Assembly (NCBI GenBank): GCA_963716175.1 | Contig: OY970296.1 | Coordinates: 4,032,001 to 4,096,000, forward strand | Reading direction: 5' to 3' | DNA length: 64,000 nucleotides | DNA from: an uncultured Armatimonadetes bacterium | Lineage (GTDB): Bacteria > Armatimonadota > Hebobacteria > Hebobacterales > Hebobacteraceae | The notes under the pieces: model-generated | Told to the model about the DNA's origin: nothing | What the model saw: the letters and a program-made list of their open reading frames with translations, nothing else | Databases searched by the model: none | Part shown: in pieces, positions 19,232-30,027 of the stretch | Layout: each line of letters opens with the position of its first letter | Position numbering within the stretch: the stretch's first letter is position 1 | Program-made: the position numbers and the translations under genes

Positions 19232-19377
19232 TGTAGGGCGGCCATGCGCAGGTCGCCCGAGGCGACCAAGCATCGCCGCCAATCTGCTCCGCTCAGACAA
19301 GCGACGCCATGGAGAGTCCTCATAGCTCTTCAGCCGCGATGCGCTGTGCCTCCGGCAGCGCGCATCGCCGCCCTACA
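19232..19377. repeat. REPIN upstream of the RAYT gene
   Basis: 17/18-bp IR TGTAGGGCGGC(C/G)ATGCGC. Confidence 0.9.
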
Positions 19378-21180
19378 CTACCTCCTCCTCAGCGCCTCCC
19401 GCAGCGTCATCCACATCAGCTTCGGCAGGGCCCACAGTCGCGGCAGGCGCTTCGGTTCTCGCAGCGCCCGGTAAAGCCATTCCAGGCCGGCCCGCTGCAT
19501 CCACTGGGGCGCGCGCTTGACCCGGCCGGCGAGCACGTCGAAGGTCCCGCCCACGCCGATGGCGACTGGAGCCTGAATCTCGGCCTGGTGCTGCCGGATC
19601 CACTTCTCCTGCTTCGGTGCGCCGAAGGCGACGAGCAGGATGTCCGGCCGGGCCTCTGCGATAGCTCGCACCACCTCCGGCTCCTCCTCGGCGGTGAAGT
19701 ACCCGTGCTGAGCGCCGGCCACCCGCAGGCCCGGATAGCGCGACTGCAGCACCCGGGCCGCTTCCTCCGCCACCCCAGGCGCGGCTCCGAGCAGGTAGAC
19801 CGAATGCCCCCGCTGGGCCGCCTGCTCGCAGATCCGCTCCACCAGGTCAGCCCCGGAAACGCGCTCCCTCAGCGGAAGCCCCAGCACTCGCGCCATCCAC
19901 ACCACGCCCCGCCCGTCCGCCGTGACCATGTCGGCGCTCCGCACGATCTCCTGGAACTCCCGGTCATCGTGGGCCCGCACCAGGCCTGGGGTATCGGAGG
20001 TGACGATGAGGTGGGGGCGGCCCTCCTCCACGAACTGCTCCACTCGCGCCAGCGCCCCTGCCATGTCTATCCTGGCGATCGGCACACCCAGCAGGTCCGC
20101 TCTCTCCTCTCCGGTCTCGGTCGGCTCCCGGAGGATGCGCGCCAGGAAGAAGAAGATCACGAAACCGAGGGCAAGTGCCGCCAGCAGAATCGCCAGCTTG
20201 ATGAGAAAAGAGGCCCTGACGATGAGGGCAAGCAGGAGGGCGAGCGCGCAGAGGTAGGCGGTGGCGCCCTGGAAGAGCCGCGCGGTCCGCCGCGGGCTCA
20301 AGCCGGTCCGAATCAGGGCCTCGTGCAGCAGCTCCCTGCGCTGACCCAGGGCCAGCCGCGGCCGTCCGCGGGCGGCGCCGTAGATGATGGCGTAGGTGGT
20401 CTCTCCTACCGGCACGCCAAGCGCTAACAGCGGCACGCCGATCACCAGGAAGGCGGTGTTCTTGAGCAGCCCGACGATGGTGATGGCGCCCAGCGCGAAC
20501 CCCATCGCCCAATGGCCGGAGCTGCCGAGGGCGGGGTAGTCGCCTCTCGCCGCTCCCGCGGCTGCGGCCGCCAGCGCCAGCCCGAGCAGGCCGGCGGCGG
20601 GCGCGGAGCGGGAGGGCCCCACCACCAGCGCGGCCAGGGCGAAGGTCAACGCGATGATCGCCACCAGGCCGGCGGTGAGCTTCGGCAGGCGCCGGCAGAG
20701 CACGACCGCGTAGACCACGGCCATCAGCCAGGCGATGCTGGCCGGCACCGACCAGGCTCCCAGTGAGATCATATGGGTGGTGAAGGGGGGCTTGATCTCC
20801 TCCACCCGGATGCCGAGCCAAACCCCAAACCAGGCGATGCCCCCGGCCAGCAGCGCCTGCACCGGCCGCGGCAGCCCGAGCACATCGTTGAGCATCCCGG
20901 CGAGCCCGGCCAGCACTACCAGCAGAGCCACCAGCTCCAGCTCGGGTGAACCGCTGCCGAATAAGAGCAGCGGAAGCGCGAAGGCGATGGTGATGCTGAG
21001 GCCGGAGATGGCCCACTGACGCCGGGGGCGCACACCCGGCGGGACCTCCTCGCGGGCGATCAGGCGCAGCCGGGAGCCGATCAGGTACGGCGTGACGAAG
21101 GAGATGGCAAAGCAGAGGGCCACCAGCAGGATGGCCCCGACCGGCCGGAGGTGTCCCGTCGCCCCATCCAGCGCCTGCAC
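19378..21180 (-). CDS. Fusion of a WecA/TagO/MraY-like membrane domain and a WecB/TagA/CpsF glycosyltransferase
   Basis: Polytopic N-terminal region; C-terminal ADGRGVVW, ERVSGADL, G.PKQE.WI, GVGGTFDV and GLEWLYR motifs. Confidence 0.85.
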   Translation of the reverse strand: MQALDGATGHLRPVGAILLVALCFAISFVTPYLIGSRLRLIAREEVPPGVRPRRQWAISGLSITIAFALPLLLFGSGSPELELVALLVVLAGLAGMLNDVLGLPRPVQALLAGGIAWFGVWLGIRVEEIKPPFTTHMISLGAWSVPASIAWLMAVVYAVVLCRRLPKLTAGLVAIIALTFALAALVVGPSRSAPAAGLLGLALAAAAAGAARGDYPALGSSGHWAMGFALGAITIVGLLKNTAFLVIGVPLLALGVPVGETTYAIIYGAARGRPRLALGQRRELLHEALIRTGLSPRRTARLFQGATAYLCALALLLALIVRASFLIKLAILLAALALGFVIFFFLARILREPTETGEERADLLGVPIARIDMAGALARVEQFVEEGRPHLIVTSDTPGLVRAHDDREFQEIVRSADMVTADGRGVVWMARVLGLPLRERVSGADLVERICEQAAQRGHSVYLLGAAPGVAEEAARVLQSRYPGLRVAGAQHGYFTAEEEPEVVRAIAEARPDILLVAFGAPKQEKWIRQHQAEIQAPVAIGVGGTFDVLAGRVKRAPQWMQRAGLEWLYRALREPKRLPRLWALPKLMWMTLREALRRR

Positions 21181-21205
21181 GGATGCTCTCCCCAGTGGGC
21201 TGATC

Positions 21206-22462
21206 TCAGGTGCCCGCCTGGTAATCCGCCAGATACTTCTCCTGCTCAGGGCTCAGAGCATCTATGGTGATGCCCATCGCCGCCAGCTTCAGCCGCGCCA
21301 CCTCTGAGTCAATCTCGCGCGGCACCTGGTGAACCCGCTTCTCCAGCGTCTTCCCGTGCTGGGCGAGGTAGACCGCGCAGAGCGCCTGGTTGGCGAAGCT
21401 CATGTCCATCACGCTTGCGGGATGGCCCTCGGCGGCCGCCAGGTTCACCAGGCGTCCCTCGGCCAGCAAGTAGATGCGCCGCCCATCCTTCAGCGTGAAC
21501 TCGTCCACCGCGGGCCGGACGCGCCGCTCCGACTCCGACATGGCGCGGAGGCCCGGGATGTCAATCTCCACGTCGAAATGCCCGGAGTTGCAGACGACGG
21601 CGCCATCCTTCATCACCTCGAAATGCTCCCGGCGCAGCACGTGGACGTCTCCCGTGAGGGTCACAAACACCTCCCCCCAGCGCGCCGCCTCTGCCAACGG
21701 CAGCACCAGGTAGCCGTCCATGGCCGCCTCCAGCGCGCGCAGCGCGTCCACCTCGCACACCGCCACCACCGCCCCCATGCCGCGCGCCCGCATCGCCACC
21801 CCGCGGCCGCACCAGCCATAGCCGCAGACCACGAAATGCCGGCCCGCCATCAGCAGGTTGGTGGCGCGGATGATCCCGTCCACCGTGCTCTGCCCGGTGC
21901 CGTAACGATTGTCGAAGAGGTGCTTGGTGTCGGCGTCGTTCACCGCGATCACAGGATAGGCCAGCGCGCCCCGCTGCTCCATCGCCCGCAGTCGGATCAC
22001 CCCGGTGGTGGTCTCCTCCGATCCGCCCAGCATCCCGGCCAGCATCTCCGGGTGCTTCTTGTGGATGGTGAAGACCAGATCGCAGCCATCGTCCATGGTG
22101 ATCCGAGGGCCGGCCGCGATCACTGACTCGATGTGCCGGTAATAGGTCTCGTTGTCCTCGCCCCGGATGGCGAACACCGGGATCTTCAGCTCCGCGGCCA
22201 ACCAGGCCGCGGCATCATCCTGGGTGCTGAGTGGATTGGAGGCGCACAGCGCCACCTCCGCGCCGGCGGTGGTGAGGGTGCGCATCAGGTTCGCGGTCTC
22301 GGTGGTCACATGCAGGCAAGCCCCCAGGCGGATGCCGACCAGCGGCCGCTCTTTCGCGAACCGCTCCCGCAATCCCCGCAGCACCGGCATCTGCTGGTCC
22401 GCGTATTCGATCCGGAGGCCGCCCGCGGTCGCCAGCCCCGTATCCTTGACATCATAGCTCAT
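21206..22462 (-). CDS. ahcY: Adenosylhomocysteinase
   Basis: [37 protein letters not shown] and GYGWCGRG motifs. Confidence 0.97.
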   Translation of the reverse strand: MSYDVKDTGLATAGGLRIEYADQQMPVLRGLRERFAKERPLVGIRLGACLHVTTETANLMRTLTTAGAEVALCASNPLSTQDDAAAWLAAELKIPVFAIRGEDNETYYRHIESVIAAGPRITMDDGCDLVFTIHKKHPEMLAGMLGGSEETTTGVIRLRAMEQRGALAYPVIAVNDADTKHLFDNRYGTGQSTVDGIIRATNLLMAGRHFVVCGYGWCGRGVAMRARGMGAVVAVCEVDALRALEAAMDGYLVLPLAEAARWGEVFVTLTGDVHVLRREHFEVMKDGAVVCNSGHFDVEIDIPGLRAMSESERRVRPAVDEFTLKDGRRIYLLAEGRLVNLAAAEGHPASVMDMSFANQALCAVYLAQHGKTLEKRVHQVPREIDSEVARLKLAAMGITIDALSPEQEKYLADYQAGT

Positions 22463-23612
22463 GGGCCACCTTCTCTTCCGAGATGGGCGCCGCTTGCTCA
22501 CCCGTGAACTCCAGGATAGCGCTCACCACCTGGCCCATCTTCTCATCGGTCAGCTCCGGATAGACAGGGATGGAGAGCACTTCCCTGGCCAGCCGCTCCG
22601 CCACCGGGAAATCACCCTCGCGGTAGCCCAGGCCCTGGTAGGCCTCTTGCAGATGCAGCGGCAGTGGGTAGTAGATCTCGGTCCCGATGCCGCGCTCGGA
22701 GAGATGGCGGCGCAGCGCATCTCGCTGCGGGCAGCGCAAGGTGTAGAGACAGTAGACATGTGACCCGTCGCGGCTGGCCGAGGGCAGACCGAGGCCGGAG
22801 TGCGCAAGCAGGGCGCGGTAGCGGGCGGCGTGGCGGGCACGCAGGCGATTCCAGGACTCGAGATGGGGCAGCTTCACTCTCAGGATGGCGGCCTGCATCT
22901 CATCCAGGCGGCTGTTGTAGCCGACTGTGGGGTGATGGTACTTCTTCCCTCCCAGCACCGATGCGTCCGCCTGCTGGCGCAGCAGCCTGACCTGGGTGGC
23001 CACTCGCTCATCGTGCGTGACCACCATCCCGCCGTCACCGCAGCCGGCCAGATTCTTGGTCGGGTAGAAGCTGAAGCAGCCAGTGTTCCCCAGCGAGCCC
23101 AGCATGCGCCCCTGCCACCTTCCCCCGACCGCCTGGGCCACGTCTTCCACCACACCGAGATCATGCGCCCGGGCCAGGTCGAGCACCTCGTCCATCAGCG
23201 CCGCTTCCCCGTAGAGGTGCACTGGGATGATGGCCCGCGTGCGCTCCGTGATGCGGCGGGCGGCATCCGCGGGATCCAGGTTGAAGCCACCAGCAAGCGA
23301 GTCCACGAACACGGGCCTTGCTCCCAGGTGGCAGACCGCGGCCGCGGTGGCCGCGTAGGTGAACGTGGGCACCAGCACCTCGTCGCCGGCCTGGATGCCC
23401 AGCGCGGCCAGGGAGAGAGTGAGCGCGTCGGTGCCCGAGGCCACCCCGACCGCGAACCCGACCTCGCAGAAGCGCGCCATCTCCTCCTCGAAGGCCAGCA
23501 CGTTGGGTCCGGTGACGAAGATGGAGCTGTCGAACACCTGTCGCAGCGCGGCCGTGATCTGGGGTTGCAGCGCCCGGTGCTGGGGGCGCAGGTCAATCAG
23601 TGGAACCTGCAT
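22452..23612 (-). CDS. DegT/DnrJ/EryC1/StrS sugar aminotransferase
   Basis: [29 protein letters not shown] and NSRLDE.QAA motifs. Confidence 0.93.
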   Translation of the reverse strand: MQVPLIDLRPQHRALQPQITAALRQVFDSSIFVTGPNVLAFEEEMARFCEVGFAVGVASGTDALTLSLAALGIQAGDEVLVPTFTYAATAAAVCHLGARPVFVDSLAGGFNLDPADAARRITERTRAIIPVHLYGEAALMDEVLDLARAHDLGVVEDVAQAVGGRWQGRMLGSLGNTGCFSFYPTKNLAGCGDGGMVVTHDERVATQVRLLRQQADASVLGGKKYHHPTVGYNSRLDEMQAAILRVKLPHLESWNRLRARHAARYRALLAHSGLGLPSASRDGSHVYCLYTLRCPQRDALRRHLSERGIGTEIYYPLPLHLQEAYQGLGYREGDFPVAERLAREVLSIPVYPELTDEKMGQVVSAILEFTGEQAAPISEEKVAHEL

Positions 23613-23726
23613 CCCGTGGGCCCTGCCCTCGCCCGCGCCCGTCTTGCCTTCCCGCATGCCGCGCCTCCAGGGAGTCAGACCCCGGCGCGCCGAAGCGCGC
23701 CTCGCATGTCCTGGGTGCCTTCCGAC

Positions 23727-23798
23727 AGCCGGCGGTCGGACTCGAACCGACGACCGGCGGTTTACGAAACCGCTGCTCTGCCACTGAGCTACGCCGGC
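23727..23798 (-). tRNA. tRNA-Thr (anticodon CGT), CCA not encoded
   Basis: GCCGGCG-TAGCTCAGTGGCAGAGC-A-GCGGT-TTCGTAA-ACCGC-...-GTCGGTTCGAGTCCGAC-CGCCGGC-T cloverleaf. Confidence 0.96.
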
Positions 23799-23809
23799 GC
23801 TGACAGGAC

Positions 23810-23837
23810 AATATCACAAGCCCGTTCTGGCTGTCAA
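23810..23837 (-). promoter_or_regulatory. Probable sigma70 promoter of the tRNA
   Basis: TTGACA (23837-23832), 16-nt spacer, GATATT. Confidence 0.45.
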
Positions 23838-23933
23838 CGCGAGCGCGGCCCGGCGCCCGATGGTGCAGGGGTCGCTGGGGGATGGGGCGAAGCCCCTGGC
23901 AGCGATGCTGTCTGCGGAGACGAGGTGCAGAGA

Positions 23934-26096
23934 ATGCGGCCCTTGCTTTGCCGCCTGGCGGCGATCGGGGTCATGATGGGAGGGTTCACCATGGGCAGTG
24001 CAGCGCAGCCATGCGACCAGCCTCTGGGAGCGCGGATCGCGCAGTTCCTGGCGCAAGCGCGTTCGGAATCCGGTGATGAAGCGCCCCCCGAGGCCTTGAC
24101 CTACGGTCACCTCCGCGTCTTCTGCTCCCAGGACGTGGATCAGATCCTGGCCGCGGGAGGGAACTTCTCGATCACCGGTGTGATGGAATTCGCTCGCGGT
24201 GACCCTCATCGCATGACGCGGGCGCAATTCGACCAGAGGATGGTGGAGATCCGACAGTTCACCAGCCGCGCCCACGCGGCCGGGATCAAGGTCATCTCCT
24301 ATGTCACGCAAAACCCCTCCACCTCGCGAGAGGGAGATGTGACCGGCTGGGCCGTGGGCGAGGCCTATCATGACCCGGAGAAATGGAACCGCTACGCCAA
24401 TCTTTTCGGGCCGCGGCCGGAAGAGCCAGTGGAGGAGTGGCTGCAGCGCAAGGCCGACGGAAGCTATGGCGGCTTCGTCTGGATTCCGCCCAGCGCCACC
24501 CACGAGCGCCACTATGAGCTGGAGGGATGTCCTCACAGCCCCGGCTTTCGGCAGTACGTCGCCGGCATCATGAACCTGCTGGTGGCGGCCGGCGTTGACG
24601 GCATCTACCTGGATCACTCCGAGATCGAGGAGCCCTTCTCCCAGGACTCGCAGCGCTGCTTCCGGGAGTTCCTCTCGGCGCGCTACAGTAGGGATGAGCT
24701 GCGCCAGCTCTTCGGCCTGGAGGACTTGACGAAGGTGAGACCGGCAGAGGATGAGGCGGACCCTCTGCGGACCGAAACCACCCTCTTCTGTGCCGCCAGC
24801 GAGGCCGAGTTCCACGCCTTCCTGCGAGATCGCGCCCGCCAGCAGGACCCGGACTTCATCATGGCCGGCAACCTCTACGGCGGCCACGGGTTCCAGGTCT
24901 CCGCGCTGCTGGGCCGGGACATCCAGATCGCTGGCGCTGTGGACACGTTCCTCTACAGCGAACTCGCCACTGGCACACAGACCCCGGAAGAGGGCCAGCG
25001 CAACCTGCCTGGAATCCGCAATGGGGTCAAGACCTCAGTCGCTTCTCTGGTCAGAGTGCTGGCGGCTTCGGCCCGCACGGGTGCGGCGATCAGCTACAGC
25101 TACTATCCCCAAGCTCCCAACCCCGTCCCGACCGAGGCGGCGCTGTTCAACTTGCAGCGGCTGGCGATGGCGGAGGCTTTCGCCAACCACTCCGCCTTCC
25201 GCCGCGTCGAGTCCCATCACCGCGAGCCGGTGCGGCAGGCGGCCAAGACGGTATACGATCTCCTGCGCAGCGTCGAGCCCGAGATGCTGGGAGCGGAGCC
25301 GGCGGCGAATGTGGCCGTCCTGGCCTCCATGGAAGGCGGCTACCAGCGCCGCTACAGCTATGATCTGGAGGTGTCCAGGGCGCTCGCCGACGCCGGCCTC
25401 GCGCACGACATCCTGGCCCCGCGCAACATCGCGCCCGAGCGACTCGCGCGGTACCGCGCCATCGTGCTGCCGAACGCCGCGGTGCTGGGCGACCGCGACT
25501 ATGAAGTCCTTCGCAAGTATCAGGAGAATGGCGGATCGCTGATCGCATTCGGAGAAGTGGGGACGCTGGACAACCGCGGCGGCCCCGGGCCTGCGCAGGC
25601 TGAAGGCCGAATACCGGGGCTGCGCGAGATCGCCCTGAACGCAGAGCAGGCCGCCTGGGACAATCGGCATGTGGGCTGGGACGAAGGCCGCAAGCAGCAC
25701 GCGGCCTGGGCTCGCGGCCAGTGGCCCGACCAACTGCGCCCGACCATGGAGGGGGTGGTCGCAGCGGTGGAGCAGGTCGTCGGAGACGCGTTCACCGCCA
25801 GGCGACAGGGGCCAAGCTCGGTCGAGATCAGTGTCATGCGGCGGCCCGGCAGCGACGACCTGATCATCCAGGCGGTGAACTACGCGGTGGATCTGGACGG
25901 CAAGGTGACACCCGCGGAGAACGTCAGTATCGCGGTTTGCCCGCCCGCGGGCCGGCAGGTGGCCCGGGTCGAGTGGCACGCGCTGGACGGCGTGAGCGAG
26001 ACCCTCCCTGCCACCAACGCGGCCGGCCACGCGCAGTTTGTGATCCCGAAGCTGGAGATCTACGGAATCGCGATCCTGCGCACGACAGCCCGCTAG
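23934..26096 (+). CDS. Secreted glycoside hydrolase-like protein (TIM barrel plus beta-galactosidase trimerisation-like domain)
   Basis: Signal peptide; AHAAGIKVISY, GVDGIYLD and Y.AIVLPN...L.D...L..Y..NGG.LIA motifs. Confidence 0.7.
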   Translation: MRPLLCRLAAIGVMMGGFTMGSAAQPCDQPLGARIAQFLAQARSESGDEAPPEALTYGHLRVFCSQDVDQILAAGGNFSITGVMEFARGDPHRMTRAQFDQRMVEIRQFTSRAHAAGIKVISYVTQNPSTSREGDVTGWAVGEAYHDPEKWNRYANLFGPRPEEPVEEWLQRKADGSYGGFVWIPPSATHERHYELEGCPHSPGFRQYVAGIMNLLVAAGVDGIYLDHSEIEEPFSQDSQRCFREFLSARYSRDELRQLFGLEDLTKVRPAEDEADPLRTETTLFCAASEAEFHAFLRDRARQQDPDFIMAGNLYGGHGFQVSALLGRDIQIAGAVDTFLYSELATGTQTPEEGQRNLPGIRNGVKTSVASLVRVLAASARTGAAISYSYYPQAPNPVPTEAALFNLQRLAMAEAFANHSAFRRVESHHREPVRQAAKTVYDLLRSVEPEMLGAEPAANVAVLASMEGGYQRRYSYDLEVSRALADAGLAHDILAPRNIAPERLARYRAIVLPNAAVLGDRDYEVLRKYQENGGSLIAFGEVGTLDNRGGPGPAQAEGRIPGLREIALNAEQAAWDNRHVGWDEGRKQHAAWARGQWPDQLRPTMEGVVAAVEQVVGDAFTARRQGPSSVEISVMRRPGSDDLIIQAVNYAVDLDGKVTPAENVSIAVCPPAGRQVARVEWHALDGVSETLPATNAAGHAQFVIPKLEIYGIAILRTTAR

Positions 26097-26119
26097 CGGA
26101 CCGGCCGGTGCAGAAATGA

Positions 26120-26154
26120 CTCCAGCCCTGGCGAGGGGTGTGCCAGGGCTGGAG
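26120..26154. terminator. 13-bp GC-rich hairpin between convergent genes
   Basis: CTCCAGCCCTGGC-N9-GCCAGGGCTGGAG. Confidence 0.5.
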
Positions 26155-26212
26155 AGCAGCGGACTGGACTCGGAGCGGCGCGATGGCGCGGCCTCCGAGC
26201 GCGTGAGCCAGC

Positions 26213-27224
26213 CTACCAGCAGTAGCCCTCCCATTCCGACGGGTAGAGCTGGGCGCCCATCCCGCGGAGATGTCCGCCGTTGAGGTTGAAGGCCGACGGA
26301 CTGTTGCTCATGATGGCCTCAGCCGCGAACCACGCACCATGGCCATCGGCGAAGCCCATGTTGGAGCCGCCCATGTGGCGGGCATAGTGCTTCCGCAGCT
26401 CGACATCGTCCCAGAAGGTGAGCTCCTCACAGCACTCGCCCGCGCAGATACCGATGGTCCCGCATATCTCCGGATAGGCCACTGCGGAGGGGTACTCGAC
26501 GTCATTCCACAAGGAGTCGCCGCAGACCACGAACCAGGATGGGTCCTCGATCTGCGACGTCTTCAAGTCGCAGTTGTGAGGGCCGAAACTGAAGCTGGGA
26601 GCCGGGTGGCTGGTGGTACCGATGTTCTCGGCGAAGGTGCCTGTCTCCCCGGCCGCCAGCGTCATCTGAGTTATCGAGTCGGTGATCGTGCCGCCCCAGC
26701 CCGGCGGCCAGCCTACGCAGCATGGGCCGCCGCCGCCGCTCGTCTCGCAGTTGCTATTGTTGTGGCCCCACATGCCCTCGTGATCACTCAGCCACTTGAC
26801 CCAATTTCCGTCCGGGGCGCCCACGATCCAGCTCGCCCAGGTGTCGTACTGCGCGCTGGCGCACCGCCACACGTCGCGGTTCTTGATGTACTCATCGAGG
26901 ATGACGGGCCAGCGCAGATAGGGATTCGCGAAGGCCGCGCGGTCGCAGTGACCCGAGGCGTAGCTGTAGCTGCCCTCCACCCGGCGCTCCATCGAAGTAA
27001 GCAAATGCGGCCGGGTCGTGCTCACTCGGCGGGAAGCGGTCGTAGTCCGTGAGGTACATCTGCAGCGCCAGTGCGATGTTCTTCACATTGGAAAGGCACT
27101 GGATCTTGCGCGCCGACTCACGCGCTCGCGCGAACACCGGGAACAGCATCGCCGCCAGGATCGCAATGATCGCGATCACTACCAACAACTCGATCAGGGT
27201 GAAGCCCTTCTCTCTCCGTGTCAT
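26213..27224 (-). CDS. Prepilin-type N-methylation / DUF1559 / H-X9-DG protein, frameshift near 26975
   Basis: [37 protein letters not shown] in one frame; [13 protein letters not shown] in the other. Confidence 0.88.
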
Positions 27225-27637
27225 GATGGTATCTCCACCTCTCTCCACGGTATAACATCTCCCTGCTAACCACACCGACTCGACGGCGCTTCTCTCACCT
27301 CCTCTCCCCCGGCCTGACTCCCGTACACCAGCCGCGCGCCGGGCACTCTCGTTCTGCGCCAGGGGGGCAGCGCAGCCAGACAAACAGCAGAGGCGCTCGC
27401 TTTCGCCGAGCGCCTCACCTGACCCGAAACCAATAACACCCACGGCCCGGGCCGAGCCCTGCACCGACCCTCGTCCGCCTCCGCCGGCCACCTGCTCTCC
27501 GGAACGGCAAAAGCCCGCCCGCATCGTGGTCTCCGGTCTCTCACCCCACGGCTCTTACATATCACCTGCTCGGCCGCTAGTCAAGAGCTTCTTCGTGAGA
27601 AGTCTAACCGCAGAGTATGGGTGAAACGCAGCCTTCT

Positions 27638-27663
27638 GCAGGGCGGGCGTGCCTACGCCCGCC
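27638..27663 (+). repeat. REP-like palindrome (GCAG variant)
   Basis: GCAG-GGCGGGCGT-GCCT-ACGCCCGCC. Confidence 0.5.
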
Positions 27664-27689
27664 AGCAGCGAGCCCAGTGGAGGCCCGCG

Positions 27690-28427
27690 TCAGTGCACCA
27701 TCGGCACGAAGATCACCGGGATCACGGCCGTGGATTCCAGCTTGCCGTGTCGCTTCCGCAGCAGGTACAGGGTCTGGTGGCCCGCCGTCTCGCCGACCGG
27801 GATCACCATCCGCCCTCCCTCCTTGAGCTGCTTGCCCAGGGGCTCTGGCACGTGCTCCGGCGCGCAGGTGACGATGATGCCATCGAACGGTGCCTGCTCC
27901 TTCCACCCCTGATACCCGTCTCCTGTTCTCACCTTCACCCTGCTATAGCCGAGCCGCTTCAGGGTGGTGGCGGCCCGCTGTGCCAGCTCCGGCAGGATCT
28001 CGATGGTGTAGACGTTGGAGGTGAGTTCGGCCAGGATGGCGGCCTGGTAGCCGGAGCCGGTGCCGATCTCGAGCACTTTGTCGCCCTTCTTGATCGCCAG
28101 CAGCTCGGTCATCAGGGCCACGATGTAGGGCTGAGAGATCGTCTGACCAGAGCCGATCGGGAGGGGACGATCCTCATAGGCATAGGGCCGCCGCTCCGGA
28201 GGGACGAACTCCTCCCGGGGCACTTTCCCCATCGCCGCCAGCACCGCCTTGTCCTTGATCCCGCGCAAGCGGAGCTGCTGGCGAACCATCATCTGCCGCG
28301 CCTTCGCGGGGCCGGAGAGCGCCTGCTGCGGCCGAGCCGCAGGACGCGCGCGGCAGGAGGCGAAAACCAGGAGAGAGGCCAAAGCCACGGCCGAGGCGAA
28401 CGTGCGCAGGGAAATCCGCTCACCCAT
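27690..28427 (-). CDS. pcm: Protein-L-isoaspartate O-methyltransferase
   Basis: GQTISQPY, VLEIGTGSGYQAA, APFD.IIVT and GGRMVIPVG motifs. Confidence 0.95.
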   Translation of the reverse strand: MGERISLRTFASAVALASLLVFASCRARPAARPQQALSGPAKARQMMVRQQLRLRGIKDKAVLAAMGKVPREEFVPPERRPYAYEDRPLPIGSGQTISQPYIVALMTELLAIKKGDKVLEIGTGSGYQAAILAELTSNVYTIEILPELAQRAATTLKRLGYSRVKVRTGDGYQGWKEQAPFDGIIVTCAPEHVPEPLGKQLKEGGRMVIPVGETAGHQTLYLLRKRHGKLESTAVIPVIFVPMVH

Positions 28428-28576
28428 CGGGCATCACCTCAGGTGAGGTTTCGATGTGACCGGACCAGCCCCTGCCCAACAGGCAGGGGCTTTGCTCCTG
28501 GCGCGGCTTGTCCCTCACTGCGCCTGTCCGCCTCCGGCGGGCCCGTGACAAACCCACGCCACTGGGCGCGGGCCTG

Positions 28577-28585
28577 TGCTATAAT
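28577..28585 (+). promoter_or_regulatory. Extended -10 promoter element
   Basis: TGCTATAAT about 20 nt before ATG 28607, at the head of the glyQ-leuS gene run. Confidence 0.5.
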
Positions 28586-28606
28586 CCGGTCAAGCGAGGT
28601 GACGCG

Positions 28607-28980
28607 ATGGGACCCTATGACATGGCGCTCGTGGACGAGATCCGGAAACGCCTGAACGCCTCCTATGACGAGGTGCTGATGGGCCTGGAGGAGAGCGACG
28701 GCGACATGCTGCGGGCGCTGGCCGCGATCGAGCGCCGCCGGTCGGAGCAGAAGGCGGCGGAGCAGAGCGGCGAGCTGTTCGGGCGGGCCATCGGCCTCGC
28801 GCGCGAGGGGCGGCTGAAGGGCCTACGGGTCAAGCTCGCCGACCGGCCCGTGCGAGACCTGCCTCTGCCCAAGGGGTTGGGCGGAGCCCTGGTGGGCGAG
28901 CTGGTTTCGACGCTGTTGTCCCAGCTCACCGTGGACCTGATCGAGGGCGAGCCCGAGGAGCCCGAAGCCGAGGACGCCGA

Positions 28981-28984
<4 letters not shown>
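28607..28984 (+). CDS. Hypothetical protein (UBA-like N-terminus, DUF4342-like)
   Basis: GAGGTG RBS; stop overlaps the glyQ start. Confidence 0.65.
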
Positions 28985-29925
<941 letters not shown>

Positions 29926-30027
29926 CGGCCTCTGGCCGAAGCAGTGCCGCCGCAAGAGGCGAAAGTACCTGGCTTCGCCGTTGTTCCTGCCGCACCACCG
30001 GGAACGAGAGTCGGGAGACAGCAAGTC

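Noticed and set aside
18578-19377. Possible CRISPR array or IS200/IS605 element
   Set aside because: Only two direct repeats about 650 nt apart, arranged as inverted REP pairs; no regular spacers and no tnpB
23727-23798. tRNA-Thr as an integration site for an island
   Set aside because: No duplicated tRNA 3' end and no integrase seen in the window
22800-23933. N-terminal part of the 1098-aa ORF
   Set aside because: Overlaps the DegT gene and the tRNA on the opposite strand; the real start is probably ATG 23934 with a signal peptide
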